Below are positions 54,660 to 64,000 of a stretch of DNA of 64,000 nucleotides, piece after piece. This stretch comes from a virus. The translations under genes were made by a program, and so were the position numbers. The stretch spans positions 16,655 to 80,654 of the IMG/VR virus record IMGVR_UViG_3300045999_010887. One strand, written 5' to 3'. The first letter of the stretch is position 1, and the number at the start of each line of letters is the position of its first letter. The notes beneath the pieces are model-generated. The model had not been told where the DNA came from and did no database searches. It saw nothing but the letters and a program-made list of their open reading frames with translations.

Positions 54660-55187
54660 ATGGCCGGATTCGGTACTCCTCTTAGCAGTATTCCAAATAC
54701 TAGCTATCTAAATGCATCCTCTCCTGTTTCTTCTGCAGGCTTTACAGGATCTCCTACATCTTCATTTAAACCTACAGGTATGGATCCTCTTTCGATTGGT
54801 TTAGGTATTGCGGGTATCGGAGCATCTATCTTTGGCGCCTCCGCTCAAGAAAAAGCTGCTCAAAAACAGGCGGCCGCCACAGAAGAAGCGGCGAGAATTG
54901 CTGCAGCATCAACTGAAAAAGCAGCAAAATATGGATTACAAGCACAACTTGCTGGCAAGCTTGGTGGCTTTGGTCTTGACTATTTAACTGCTCGCTACGA
55001 AAGCGGTCCCGGTGCAGCTGCTTCGCGGATGAATGCCGCAAGAGATTTTACGCAACGCGTTAATCTTGAGGCTAATAACCCATCGGCTATTGCTTTACGT
55101 TCTGCACAGCGATATGAAGATCGTCTACGCAATGCATTTGGGCAAGACCCTGTTGGTTACGTGAACCCTCTTAATACGTTTGTTTAA
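54660..55187 (+). CDS. DNA-pilot/ejection-like protein
   Basis: MDPLSIGLGIAGIGASIFGASAQEKAAQKQA pattern. Confidence 0.5.
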   Translation: MAGFGTPLSSIPNTSYLNASSPVSSAGFTGSPTSSFKPTGMDPLSIGLGIAGIGASIFGASAQEKAAQKQAAATEEAARIAAASTEKAAKYGLQAQLAGKLGGFGLDYLTARYESGPGAAASRMNAARDFTQRVNLEANNPSAIALRSAQRYEDRLRNAFGQDPVGYVNPLNTFV

Positions 55188-55218
55188 TTTAAAATAAACA
55201 CATACCGGGATTAATACA

Positions 55219-55953
55219 ATGGCAAACAATAAATATTTTGACTATCTTTCACCGCGTCAATCTTACAGTGATTCGGAAATATCAGATCGTCTTGGAGCAC
55301 TAGAAGAAAAATTTGGAATGCGTCCAACAAGTCCGTTGTCTACTTTTTTTGCCGGTAGAACTTCTCAAGAAGAACCCAAGAAAAAAGAAGGATTAACAGG
55401 GTTGGCAAAACGCTTACGTAAGCTTGGCAATGTCGCTGTTGAAGATATCAAAGAAACGGATAAAAACATTACACAGTCTGCACCGGATTATGCGCGTTTT
55501 CTGGCAGGTCAAATTTCTCGGGGTGAGCGTAGTCCCCTAGAAGCTTCTGACGAATTCGTTAACTTTGGCTTGGCTTATGACGTCCCGGATGCGTTTAATA
55601 TTGCTACCCAACTAGGCAGCATGGCCCCTGGGACCAAGCCAACTGCATCCGTAGAAAAATATCGCCCTTTCCAGCAGTTTGCTGCACGTCAACTTGGATT
55701 GAATCGTTCAGAGGAAGATATGAAATCTATCGAACAAGCTGCGCTGTCTCTTGGTAAGACGTCGCCGGAAGAATTTAGTCAATTCTTGGGCCAAGCAATG
55801 CTTTCTTCTCCTGAGTATATTCGTAAAACGCCACTTGCATTTGCCGCTAATTTACCTTACGGCGGGCGTTACGGCGTTGGATATCAAACTCCAGAGGGTA
55901 CTTTCACGGGTACCTATCGGTTTAAACCTACATCAAGCGTAGATTACAGCTGA
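55219..55953 (+). CDS. Hypothetical virion protein
   Basis: ORF in the structural cluster. Confidence 0.55.
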   Translation: MANNKYFDYLSPRQSYSDSEISDRLGALEEKFGMRPTSPLSTFFAGRTSQEEPKKKEGLTGLAKRLRKLGNVAVEDIKETDKNITQSAPDYARFLAGQISRGERSPLEASDEFVNFGLAYDVPDAFNIATQLGSMAPGTKPTASVEKYRPFQQFAARQLGLNRSEEDMKSIEQAALSLGKTSPEEFSQFLGQAMLSSPEYIRKTPLAFAANLPYGGRYGVGYQTPEGTFTGTYRFKPTSSVDYS

Positions 55954-55993
55954 TTCCTTCTTTTATACTTAGTAATAACAGTTAAGAGTAGCC

Positions 55994-57226
55994 ATGGCAA
56001 CAACACCTGATTACAGTGCACTTGAGAATTTTCTTTTAGAGTCTGCGCGACGTGGTGTACAGCTTTCAGGTGCCCCAAAACGTGAGCTAACTAAAGCTTT
56101 ATCAGGTAAGGATGGCAAGATTACCTTGGCCTCCCTGAGGGGAGGGAAGGATACATTTAAGAAAGCAGGTGGAACCGATTATTTAGCCACCATTGGACGT
56201 ACTTATGGCTCTGGTCAGTTAAGTAAAGAAGTAAAAGAGAAGTTAAAAGAAAAAGGATTTGCAGAAGATAGCGGATATTACGTTAAGCCTGGACAGATTA
56301 CAGGAGCAACTGTACAAAAAGCAGTCACCGCTGGTTTTGGCGAAGAAGATCTTCGTTCTCTTTTGGCGGATAAATATGCCCAGAGTCAATTAGATAGCGA
56401 GATTGCCAAGTTTATGGGCCAAGGAAATTACAATCTTGATCCTTCAACTGGTCGTTGGAAGCAGAAAGAAACAGTCGATATTTTTTCAGGTATTCCAGGG
56501 GATGTAGCCTCAGGTATTCCAGGGGATGTAGCCTCAGGTATTCCAGGTAACATAGTTTCTTCTGGTATTTATGCAGGCATTAATCCAGATACTGCTTCTG
56601 GAGTTACACCTACAGAGATTGACTACACAATGATCATGGATCCGCTGAAGCTTCAGGCACGTTCTGGTGAACGCCTGGGCCTTCTGCAGGCAAGCTTGAA
56701 TGAGCAACTGGGCCGCATGGAAACAGAATCAGCGAAGGCCTTGGAACGCATGCGTTCTTCAACTGCTCTTCAACAAGGACAACTGCAAGCCGGACTTGGT
56801 TCTTACTTGGGACGTTTAGAGGCAGGTTCCGCACAAAACCTTGGTCGCATGCGTGCAGCCTCTGAATTGCAGCAAGGACGCCTCCAGGCTGGCCTTGGTT
56901 CTTATCTTGGACGCCTGGAAGCAGGTTCTTCACAAGCACAAGCGCGGCGTCAAAGTGCATTGTCCGAACAGTTAGCACGAATGGAGACAGGCTCCGCACA
57001 AAATCTGGAACGGATGCGTACAGGCTCTGCCGAACGCCTGGGACGACTGCAATCACAAACTCAAAAGGATCTTGCTCGTTCGCAGCAGGCTACAGAGCTA
57101 TTAGGTCAGAAGATGGGTTATGGCACCGAGTATGATATTGCTAAAGTTAATCGTCTGGCAGGATTGCAACAAGCCAGAATTCAACAGGCCAGTAATCTTT
57201 ACAACCTCATCCCATCTGCCTTTTAA
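55994..57226 (+). CDS. Putative ejection protein with 11-residue repeats
   Basis: LGRLEAGSAQN-type repeats; SGIPGDVA tandem. Confidence 0.55.
   Translation: MATTPDYSALENFLLESARRGVQLSGAPKRELTKALSGKDGKITLASLRGGKDTFKKAGGTDYLATIGRTYGSGQLSKEVKEKLKEKGFAEDSGYYVKPGQITGATVQKAVTAGFGEEDLRSLLADKYAQSQLDSEIAKFMGQGNYNLDPSTGRWKQKETVDIFSGIPGDVASGIPGDVASGIPGNIVSSGIYAGINPDTASGVTPTEIDYTMIMDPLKLQARSGERLGLLQASLNEQLGRMETESAKALERMRSSTALQQGQLQAGLGSYLGRLEAGSAQNLGRMRAASELQQGRLQAGLGSYLGRLEAGSSQAQARRQSALSEQLARMETGSAQNLERMRTGSAERLGRLQSQTQKDLARSQQATELLGQKMGYGTEYDIAKVNRLAGLQQARIQQASNLYNLIPSAF
56486..56547 (+). repeat. 24-bp tandem repeat, about 2.6 copies
   Basis: TCAGGTATTCCAGGGGATGTAGCC. Confidence 0.9.
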
Positions 57227-57259
57227 CCGTTACTGATATAATTAATTTTAGTAAATAAC

Positions 57260-57409
57260 ATGGATTTTGATTCTTCCGTTGTAAAGTCTGAAACTCCTTC
57301 AGATTCTACTTTTGATGTTCAAGGTTTTAAAAATCTATTGGAAACTTTGAAAAAATCTAAAGAGCAACGCGAAAATAAAGCAAAACCTTTATACGAATCG
57401 GAGGCATAA
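57260..57409 (+). CDS. Hypothetical protein (49 aa, not in ORF track)
   Basis: MDFDSSVVK...FDVQGFKNLLETLKKSK; TATAAT box upstream. Confidence 0.55.
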   Translation: MDFDSSVVKSETPSDSTFDVQGFKNLLETLKKSKEQRENKAKPLYESEA

Positions 57410-57413
57410 GAAA

Positions 57414-59063
57414 ATGGCAAAAGGTGGTGGCGGCGGAAAAGGCGGCGGTGGCGGTGGTGCAGCAGGCGGCGGTGGAAAAGGCGGCGGTGGAGGTGCAGCA
57501 GCAGGTGGTGGCGGCGCAGCAGCTAGCGGCGGTGGAGGTTCTAAAGGTGGTGGCGGCGGTGCCAAAAGCGGCGGCCAGGGACAAGGTGGTGGTGGCGCTC
57601 AAGGAGGACAAGGACAAGGTGGCGGCGGTCGTCAAGGTGGGCAAGGAGGGCAAGCAGGAGGAGGTGGCAACCGCCAAAGTGGAGGCGGTGGTCAAGTAAC
57701 AGGTGGTGGCGGTCGTCAAGGTGGGCAAGTTGCAGCTACGACTCCTGTATCACCTACGCCATTTGCTGCCACTACTGCTTTCAATAAACCTACGCAACAA
57801 TCTGTTGATCGCGTAAAAGCTGTTAACGTTTCCAATAAATATCAAGAAACTAAAAAAGATAAAAATCCTGTTGCAACTGAAAAAGACAACAGACCTTCAA
57901 GGGCAACTGGTTCTATTACACGAGCCGGCTCTAGCGTATTTCCCACAAGACGTACTGAGCAACCACAAAAACCTTCTAATCAAGGTCGCGTTAAAGACTT
58001 GACGACTAAAGCAAAAGATTTAATTTCTAGTGCTGCAGGCGATAAGATTGCGGATGTTGATAAATTCAAAGGCATCCTTGGAAAGTTAAAAGGGCTGGGA
58101 GCAGAGGATAAAATTGCCGCTTTACGTGAACAGAAAAAAGGAGCTGCTCAAGGTAAAGCATCACCGTACTCTTCTTTTAAAATCGAAGAAGCCACTGTTG
58201 TTCCTGGACAACCGCCTTTTGCCCCTGCAAAACCAACAACTCCTACCGCTCAAATAACCTCTTCAGGTCTTGATGAAATCAACGCACGTCTTAATGAACT
58301 TACTTCCTCTTTGGGACAATTTAAGCCCGGGATTACGCAAGATGAATTAGAAAAGATTCTTTCTCAACGAGATGCTGCGAAACCCACTCCAACAACAACG
58401 CCAACAACCACGCCTACACAAACAACCACTAGTACGCCTAGCTGGGAAACCAAATACCAACAAACTCTTGAAAATTGGGGCAAGAGTTTTACAAACAGCA
58501 TGACAAATTGGCAAAATCAATATACTCAAGACCGTAACCGAGCCCAAGAAGACATTAATAAAAATATGTCGCAATGGCAGCAAGGCTTAACGCAAGATCT
58601 TGCTGAATGGCAAAAAGCATACGGCGAGGATCAAGGCAAGGCGCAACAGAGCATTCAAGAAGATCTAGCCAAATGGCAAGAGAGTTTTGGTGGTGATTTC
58701 AAAGATTGGCAGCAAAGTATCTCTGGGGATATCTCGCAGTGGCAACAAAACATTGCGGGTGACCTGGAGGACTGGCGCGCTCAATACGAAGGAGATCGCC
58801 AAAAATGGGAAGACTTATACACTCAAGATAAGGCAGCGACGGAACAAAAGTATCAAAATGATTTGAATACATGGCTTGCCGAATATCGTGCGGAGCAATC
58901 TAAACGAGATCAGGATTACCAGGCTATGATGACGGATGCTTCTTCTCAGGCTGGTGCATTTGAACCTGACCTTTTCCGTAATCTTCTGAGCGAACTAGAA
59001 ACATCTAAACTTCGTCAAAAACAGTGGGGTGAACGTGCCGCAAGACAAGCTTATTCCTTCTAA
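57414..59063 (+). CDS. Gly-rich protein with 11-periodic Trp helical region
   Basis: Poly-Gly N-terminus; Trp every 11 or 22 residues in the C-terminal third. Confidence 0.6.
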   Translation: MAKGGGGGKGGGGGGAAGGGGKGGGGGAAAGGGGAAASGGGGSKGGGGGAKSGGQGQGGGGAQGGQGQGGGGRQGGQGGQAGGGGNRQSGGGGQVTGGGGRQGGQVAATTPVSPTPFAATTAFNKPTQQSVDRVKAVNVSNKYQETKKDKNPVATEKDNRPSRATGSITRAGSSVFPTRRTEQPQKPSNQGRVKDLTTKAKDLISSAAGDKIADVDKFKGILGKLKGLGAEDKIAALREQKKGAAQGKASPYSSFKIEEATVVPGQPPFAPAKPTTPTAQITSSGLDEINARLNELTSSLGQFKPGITQDELEKILSQRDAAKPTPTTTPTTTPTQTTTSTPSWETKYQQTLENWGKSFTNSMTNWQNQYTQDRNRAQEDINKNMSQWQQGLTQDLAEWQKAYGEDQGKAQQSIQEDLAKWQESFGGDFKDWQQSISGDISQWQQNIAGDLEDWRAQYEGDRQKWEDLYTQDKAATEQKYQNDLNTWLAEYRAEQSKRDQDYQAMMTDASSQAGAFEPDLFRNLLSELETSKLRQKQWGERAARQAYSF

Positions 59064-59586
59064 GCAAACCACCAAACAAAGCTATAGCATTGATGTTAAT
59101 AGTTTTGAAGAATGGTTCCTTGAACAGCCTAACGCTGTTCAAGAATCTTTTCATGCATTTTCTTCTGAAAATTATTCCTTTATTGAATGTTTTCTATACG
59201 CGAGATTCCTTGGTTACGTAGGGAGTATTATTTCGTGTGAAGCATGGATCAAGCAGCAGTACCCAAAGCCTGATCATAGAAAAATGCTTCTTATGGAAAT
59301 TGAAGAAATGCGTGAAGACATCCGCAAACTTCGAGACGATATCGAAAATTGCGCTGTTAAACGCGATGCAGGTGTCGCCCGCATTGCGGCAATGGAAAAA
59401 GAATTGAGGGGTACGATCAATCAGGTTGAACAGTACACTTCCATGAAAGATCGCAAAGGCTTGCTGATGGCTGGTGCCGATAGAGCCATTCGTGAGTTAA
59501 TGTTTATTTTCAAGGACGATCCTGTTGAGACTCCCCTACATGAAGCAAGCATGAGCGTATGGGCTCGAATGCAGCTCGAAGAATAA
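59029..59586 (+). CDS. Hypothetical protein, possible small terminase
   Basis: Helical coiled-coil ORF shortly upstream of terL; positional inference only. Confidence 0.4.
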   Translation: MNVPQDKLIPSKQTTKQSYSIDVNSFEEWFLEQPNAVQESFHAFSSENYSFIECFLYARFLGYVGSIISCEAWIKQQYPKPDHRKMLLMEIEEMREDIRKLRDDIENCAVKRDAGVARIAAMEKELRGTINQVEQYTSMKDRKGLLMAGADRAIRELMFIFKDDPVETPLHEASMSVWARMQLEE

Positions 59587-59616
59587 CCAAACGTTAAAAT
59601 AAAGAAAACATTTGTT

Positions 59617-59769
59617 ATGGCCAAAGGTAAGATGCCCCCTCAGCTTCTTGAGCACTTCAAGAAGAAAGAAGCGAAAAAAGAAGATGGCACAGAGATGAGC
59701 GACAAGGAAAAACGGCGTGCCGCTTTAGATAAGGCTCGTCAATACCAAAACAAAAAACGTAAAGAATAA
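59617..59769 (+). CDS. Small basic protein (50 aa, not in ORF track)
   Basis: MAKGKMPPQLLEHFKKKE... Confidence 0.55.
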   Translation: MAKGKMPPQLLEHFKKKEAKKEDGTEMSDKEKRRAALDKARQYQNKKRKE

Positions 59770-59810
59770 GAGGATTGAGTTAGTATTCAGTAACTGACTG
59801 GATAGTATCC

Positions 59811-61337
59811 GTGCCTTCTTATCTTCATCTGGCTTATCGTAGAAATGCGCGTGCCGCCTCGAAAAACTATGCGATTAAGCCACATAAAGATATTGACTCC
59901 CTCAAAAGAGCGCGGGAAGATTTTGGATATTTTTGTGAGTATGTAGCGGACAAACCTCCTGCTCAGCACCACAAAGATTGGCATCGTCACTTTGTCACAG
60001 AAGAAAATAGCAGTTGCCTACTTCGTATTGCTGGTCCCAACGTTGACCTTCTTGCTCCACGGGGCTCAGCCAAAAGCACAGTCCTTGGCTTGTTAACCGC
60101 CTGGGCCATAGGTATTCACACGCAAGCCAAACGTCCCCTGCAGATTCTTTATCTGTCTTACACGGTTGATATTGCTCGCTCCAAGTCGGCAACCATTAAG
60201 CGAATTATTGAAAGCAAACGATATCAAGAAGTTTTTCCAGAGGTGCGCCTCTTAAAGAACGTGACTAGTAATGAGTACTGGTCCATTGATCACAAGTTTG
60301 CAGGCATTGATGTCACGGGTGATGAGCAATTTACACTCTGCGCTGCAGGTTTGAAAGGTTCTGTGACTTCCAAGCGTTCTCATCTTGTGATGATTGATGA
60401 CGCTATCAAGTCTGCCGCTGACATCTCCAACCCTGACATCAGGAAAATGATGCAGGATAACTGGAACGCAGTGATTGCTCCCACCATGTTTGAAGGTGGC
60501 CGTGCCATCTGCCTTGGTACGCGCTTTCGCCATGATGACATTCATGCCACAACATTCAACGAGCAAAACAACTGGACTCAGATTGTTCTTTCCGCAATTC
60601 AGAACGATGTTAAAACGGGAGATGAAATCTCGTACTGGCCCGAGATGTGGTCACTCGACTACCTAAAGGAAAAGAAACGGCAAGCACCTATTGCTTTTTC
60701 GTTCCAGTACATGAATCAAATTATCAGGCAGAACGAGTTATCACTTGCGCCTGAACTGATTGTTAAAGCAGAGATCTCAACAGAGTTTGACACCCTTGGT
60801 GTTGGAGTTGATCTTTCCGCTGGAACTAAAGAAAAAAATGATTACACGGTGATGGTACTGGGCGGCCGCATTGGTGATCGAATCCATATCATTGATTATC
60901 GGCGCCTGCGCGTAATGGGGAACCTTGAAAAACTAGACGCGCTTAAAGAGTTACTTAATGATTGGTCAATCCTTGGCAAGGATGCAAACAACAATTATTT
61001 CCCAACCTATTCAACATGTGACATTTGGAGCGAAGCAGTGCAGTACCAGGCATCTCTTGAAGCTGACTTTAAACGTGTTTGTTTAAATCAAGAGAGTCTT
61101 TACAATTTGATTTGGCATCCTGTAAAAGGATTCCGTGCTGATAAACTGGCACGTTTCCGTGGAATCATGGGTATGTTTGAAGATCGAAAGATTATCTTCA
61201 ATCGTTATCGTAATTTCACAAATATGTTTGAAGAGCTGACTAATTTTGGGGTAAGCAGTCATGACGATTGTGTCGATGCTCTCGTCTGGCTTGTGACTGG
61301 ATTAGCAAGAAAAGGACAGTTGCAAGTTGATTACTAA
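59811..61337 (+). CDS. terL: Terminase large subunit
   Basis: APRGSAKST, VMIDD, LGTRFRHDD, GVDLS..NDYT, HDDCVDAL. Confidence 0.93.
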   Translation: MPSYLHLAYRRNARAASKNYAIKPHKDIDSLKRAREDFGYFCEYVADKPPAQHHKDWHRHFVTEENSSCLLRIAGPNVDLLAPRGSAKSTVLGLLTAWAIGIHTQAKRPLQILYLSYTVDIARSKSATIKRIIESKRYQEVFPEVRLLKNVTSNEYWSIDHKFAGIDVTGDEQFTLCAAGLKGSVTSKRSHLVMIDDAIKSAADISNPDIRKMMQDNWNAVIAPTMFEGGRAICLGTRFRHDDIHATTFNEQNNWTQIVLSAIQNDVKTGDEISYWPEMWSLDYLKEKKRQAPIAFSFQYMNQIIRQNELSLAPELIVKAEISTEFDTLGVGVDLSAGTKEKNDYTVMVLGGRIGDRIHIIDYRRLRVMGNLEKLDALKELLNDWSILGKDANNNYFPTYSTCDIWSEAVQYQASLEADFKRVCLNQESLYNLIWHPVKGFRADKLARFRGIMGMFEDRKIIFNRYRNFTNMFEELTNFGVSSHDDCVDALVWLVTGLARKGQLQVDY

Positions 61338-61368
61338 ACTTAGAATTATAAAAAATACAATTTAGGCT

Positions 61369-61665
61369 GTGGGTCCGGAATATATTGCCATCGGCTTAAC
61401 TGCCGTTGTATCAGCTGTTACTGGTGGTAGCTGGGTCGCTGGTAAAATCCTTGGCCGCCAGAACGATCAGATTCAGCAAGCCTTTAATTACATTGGATCA
61501 CAAAAACGCAGGATTGATGTTTTGGAAGAAGATCTGAAGCGGATGCCTCTTGAGTACGTTCTTAAGGTTGATTTCTTGAGGGAGATCCAGCAAATGCATG
61601 ATAACTTTAATCAGATCAACGCTAAGCTTGATAAGCTAGTTGAGAAACTGCTTGAAGCCAAATGA
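61369..61665 (+). CDS. Membrane protein with coiled coil
   Basis: N-terminal hydrophobic segment, YVLKVDF..KLDKL. Confidence 0.6.
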   Translation: MGPEYIAIGLTAVVSAVTGGSWVAGKILGRQNDQIQQAFNYIGSQKRRIDVLEEDLKRMPLEYVLKVDFLREIQQMHDNFNQINAKLDKLVEKLLEAK

Positions 61666-61847
61666 GAAGCTACGTTCTTGAAGTAGAAGAAGACGAGAAC
61701 GGAGAACAGTTTATTACTTTCCCCGAAGAAATTATCGAAGAGCTTGGCTGGCAAGAAGGTGATATTCTCAATTGGGATGTACGTGGAGATGGCATTGTTC
61801 TTTCAAAAGTTCACGACGCATCCGGCTACGAAGTTATAGAGGAGTAG
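61662..61847 (+). CDS. AbrB/MazE-like DNA-binding protein
   Basis: ITFPEEIIEELGWQEGDIL. Confidence 0.65.
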   Translation: MRSYVLEVEEDENGEQFITFPEEIIEELGWQEGDILNWDVRGDGIVLSKVHDASGYEVIEE

Positions 61848-61872
61848 AATAAACAAATTGACGGTTAAATAA

Positions 61873-62376
61873 ATGCGTATCACAGGTGGCATACCCGTAG
61901 GTGGGAATTTGGGTTACGTTGCAGAAAGCAATCCACTCCTGGATCCTCGTTTTAAGATCCAAGGAGGAGAACCCTGGAACAAAACCCCTCTTTTACCTGG
62001 TAAAGATACAGAACGATATGAACAACAGCAATTTAATATTCCGTTACAACCGCAATTACCTGCTGCAGGAATCGGCAATGTTGGAGGCGTCCTTTTTGCA
62101 CAAGCCCAGCCCAAAAGAACCTTAAAAGAACTTATTGGTAATCGTGAAGGAGTTGTGAGCGATATTCCAGGAGATGTACGCATTCGCCAAGATACTCAAT
62201 TCTTGCCATACAATCCTGGTAATTATGCACAAAATAGTAAGCAAAATCCGTTGCGCGGAAACAGTTGGATTGGTCCCTTTGATCCAAGAGGGTATGTAGG
62301 TCCAGGAATTGCGCCTTACTTTGGAAACCTCCAAGGCCCAGGATTTTATGGTGAAATGGGTACAGGCGCAATTTAA
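61873..62376 (+). CDS. Hypothetical protein
   Basis: 167-aa ORF with TAGAAT box upstream. Confidence 0.5.
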   Translation: MRITGGIPVGGNLGYVAESNPLLDPRFKIQGGEPWNKTPLLPGKDTERYEQQQFNIPLQPQLPAAGIGNVGGVLFAQAQPKRTLKELIGNREGVVSDIPGDVRIRQDTQFLPYNPGNYAQNSKQNPLRGNSWIGPFDPRGYVGPGIAPYFGNLQGPGFYGEMGTGAI

Positions 62377-62419
62377 TCCTTTTAAAATGCTAGTATTTAA
62401 TTAACGCATAGGATAAATA

Positions 62420-64000
62420 ATGTCTGTCGACGCAAAAGCCAGGCTGCGTGAAATTGTTGAGTCGTACCTTGAAAAAGACTCAGGTACGGTTGTAGATACT
62501 GGTGTCGTTGCGTCCCACCTGGCACAGATGAAACTCTTTGGCATTCGCCAAGGCGTTGAATTTTTTCCGGGGCAAGATAATTTTGGCGCTCAACGTAAGG
62601 ACTTTATTGACCGCGTAATCAAATACAATCAGATTGACGTACGCCTGGATTCTATCTGGGACTATTTTCTGTGCGATGGTAAAGGGATTTTTTATATTCG
62701 TCCTACTAAGCAAAATTACAGAATTTATTATTTCCGCGAACACGAATACCGCAGTTATTACAACGTTGACGGTGAGCTGGAAGAGGTGGTGATCATCTAC
62801 AGCTACAAGGTTCGCAAGGGCGGCAACTCATATGACGGCATTAATATTGTTAATGCCACAGGTACATCAATTACTGGTGAACCGGGATCCAAGCGATACA
62901 TTCGTTTATCAATTAAAGCAAACGAAATTGAAGAAACTCATTCTGATGCTGAATTAAGTTTTGATATGCCGTCTGGCATGACGCCAGGTAAAAATAAAAC
63001 ATTCAAAAATTCGCTTGGTTTTATTCCTTGCGTTGAGATCTTCAACAACCCCAAAGGCTTCGCAAAAGAAGGTGTTGGTGAATTTGACGCACTGGCCAAT
63101 CACATCGTTACGCATGATGAGTTAGTGCGTACCATGCGTAAGAACGTACAGTTCTTTGGCAACCCAACCCTCCTTTCGTCTCGTCCTAAAACAGACCTGA
63201 TTGAGTCCGGCGGCGAGTCTGTGGTTCAGCGTCCATCGATTGCTGCAAACTCGGGTTTTGCCGGTGCCAGTCCCTTGAGCCGTTCGATGTTCAAGGCGGA
63301 TCCTGTTTCCCGTGGTGTCGATGGTCAGATCCGTGTTCCACGCGTGATCGCAAACTTGGAACCAAACGACCGCGTCGGTTACATCGTTCCAGATGCTATC
63401 ACCGGAGATCAAAATAATTTTGCTCGTCAATACCGCGAAGAAATTCGTACAGCACTTGGCGGTGTTGATGAACTTTCTATTTCCGCTGGCGTAACCGCAA
63501 CTGAATACAAATCACTTTTTGGTCGTGTTTCTGCCACGTCTAAAAAGAAAGCAAATGCCATCTATACCTATGGTGTCTGCCGTTGCCTTGAGTTAATTAT
63601 TTACCAGGAAGAGCAGTTGTTCCGCATGTCCCTTGCGGCTGCTCTTGGAATCGAACGCCCCATCGAACCGTCTGCCGGTGCATCTCAAGAAGAAAAAGAT
63701 GCATATAAAGAGGCTGCAACACAGTTTGAACAGCTTATTCAAGATTCAATTAATGCATGTATTCAAGCGCAAGATGTGCCACCTGGTGTGACAGGTCTCA
63801 TTCCAGATGGTGATGTCACTATGCTGTGGAGGTGGACGGGGCCTGTTTATGAGGACTCCACGCAAGACGTACTTAATAACTCCATTGTGGTACGCAACTT
63901 GCAAGAATTAGGTGTTGATAGCATTGAAGCACTGAAATACCTCTTTCCGTCTAAGACGGATGAGGAACGGGCCGAGATGTTATCTGGGTTCCCGTTCAGG
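62420..64000 (+). CDS. Putative portal protein, 3'-truncated (not in ORF track)
   Basis: Frame open from MSVDAKARLREIVE... to the window end (>525 aa), downstream of terL; LGFIPCVE..N motif. Confidence 0.7.
   Translation, partial: MSVDAKARLREIVESYLEKDSGTVVDTGVVASHLAQMKLFGIRQGVEFFPGQDNFGAQRKDFIDRVIKYNQIDVRLDSIWDYFLCDGKGIFYIRPTKQNYRIYYFREHEYRSYYNVDGELEEVVIIYSYKVRKGGNSYDGINIVNATGTSITGEPGSKRYIRLSIKANEIEETHSDAELSFDMPSGMTPGKNKTFKNSLGFIPCVEIFNNPKGFAKEGVGEFDALANHIVTHDELVRTMRKNVQFFGNPTLLSSRPKTDLIESGGESVVQRPSIAANSGFAGASPLSRSMFKADPVSRGVDGQIRVPRVIANLEPNDRVGYIVPDAITGDQNNFARQYREEIRTALGGVDELSISAGVTATEYKSLFGRVSATSKKKANAIYTYGVCRCLELIIYQEEQLFRMSLAAALGIERPIEPSAGASQEEKDAYKEAATQFEQLIQDSINACIQAQDVPPGVTGLIPDGDVTMLWRWTGPVYEDSTQDVLNNSIVVRNLQELGVDSIEALKYLFPSKTDEERAEMLSGFPFR

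Noticed and set aside
57357-57728. Ala/Thr-rich minus ORF and alternative-frame ORF 57424-57699
   Set aside because: Shadows of the poly-Gly coding region.
1-64000. Reverse transcriptase, DGR, retron, integrase, phage RNA polymerase or alternative genetic code
   Set aside because: No matching motifs seen; core genes translate full-length in the standard code.

Overview
This is a 64-kb segment of a dsDNA cyanophage genome. Cyanophage markers include CP12-like, DUF4278, possible NblA-like, SpeD, Dps and ThyX genes. The gene set recalls freshwater Synechococcus phages of the S-EIV1 type; this is recollection only and needs a BLAST check. Layout: tail and lysis genes (1-6 kb, +); replication, sugar-modification and auxiliary genes (6-38 kb, mostly -: primase-helicase, exonuclease, Gmd, ColD-like enzyme, two glycosyltransferases, kinase, Gp157, SSB, family A DNA polymerase, GP88, ThyX, two tRNAs); a minus-strand array of about 20 small, probably early ORFs (38-47 kb); putative internal/ejection proteins, terminase and the start of a portal (47.8-64 kb, +). 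The most unusual signal is in the minus-strand intergenic gaps from 26.6 to 46.9 kb. They hold about 18 copies of four families of compact structured-RNA elements with compensatory base changes: an H-type pseudoknot, a hairpin with a T-loop-like internal loop, a tRNA-elbow mimic starting on the upstream UGA, and a two-state hairpin. Most sit just after a stop codon and about 20-50 nt before the next start, followed by a C/A-rich leader with no Shine-Dalgarno sequence. All annotations come from motif recognition by eye; no searches or folding computations were run.
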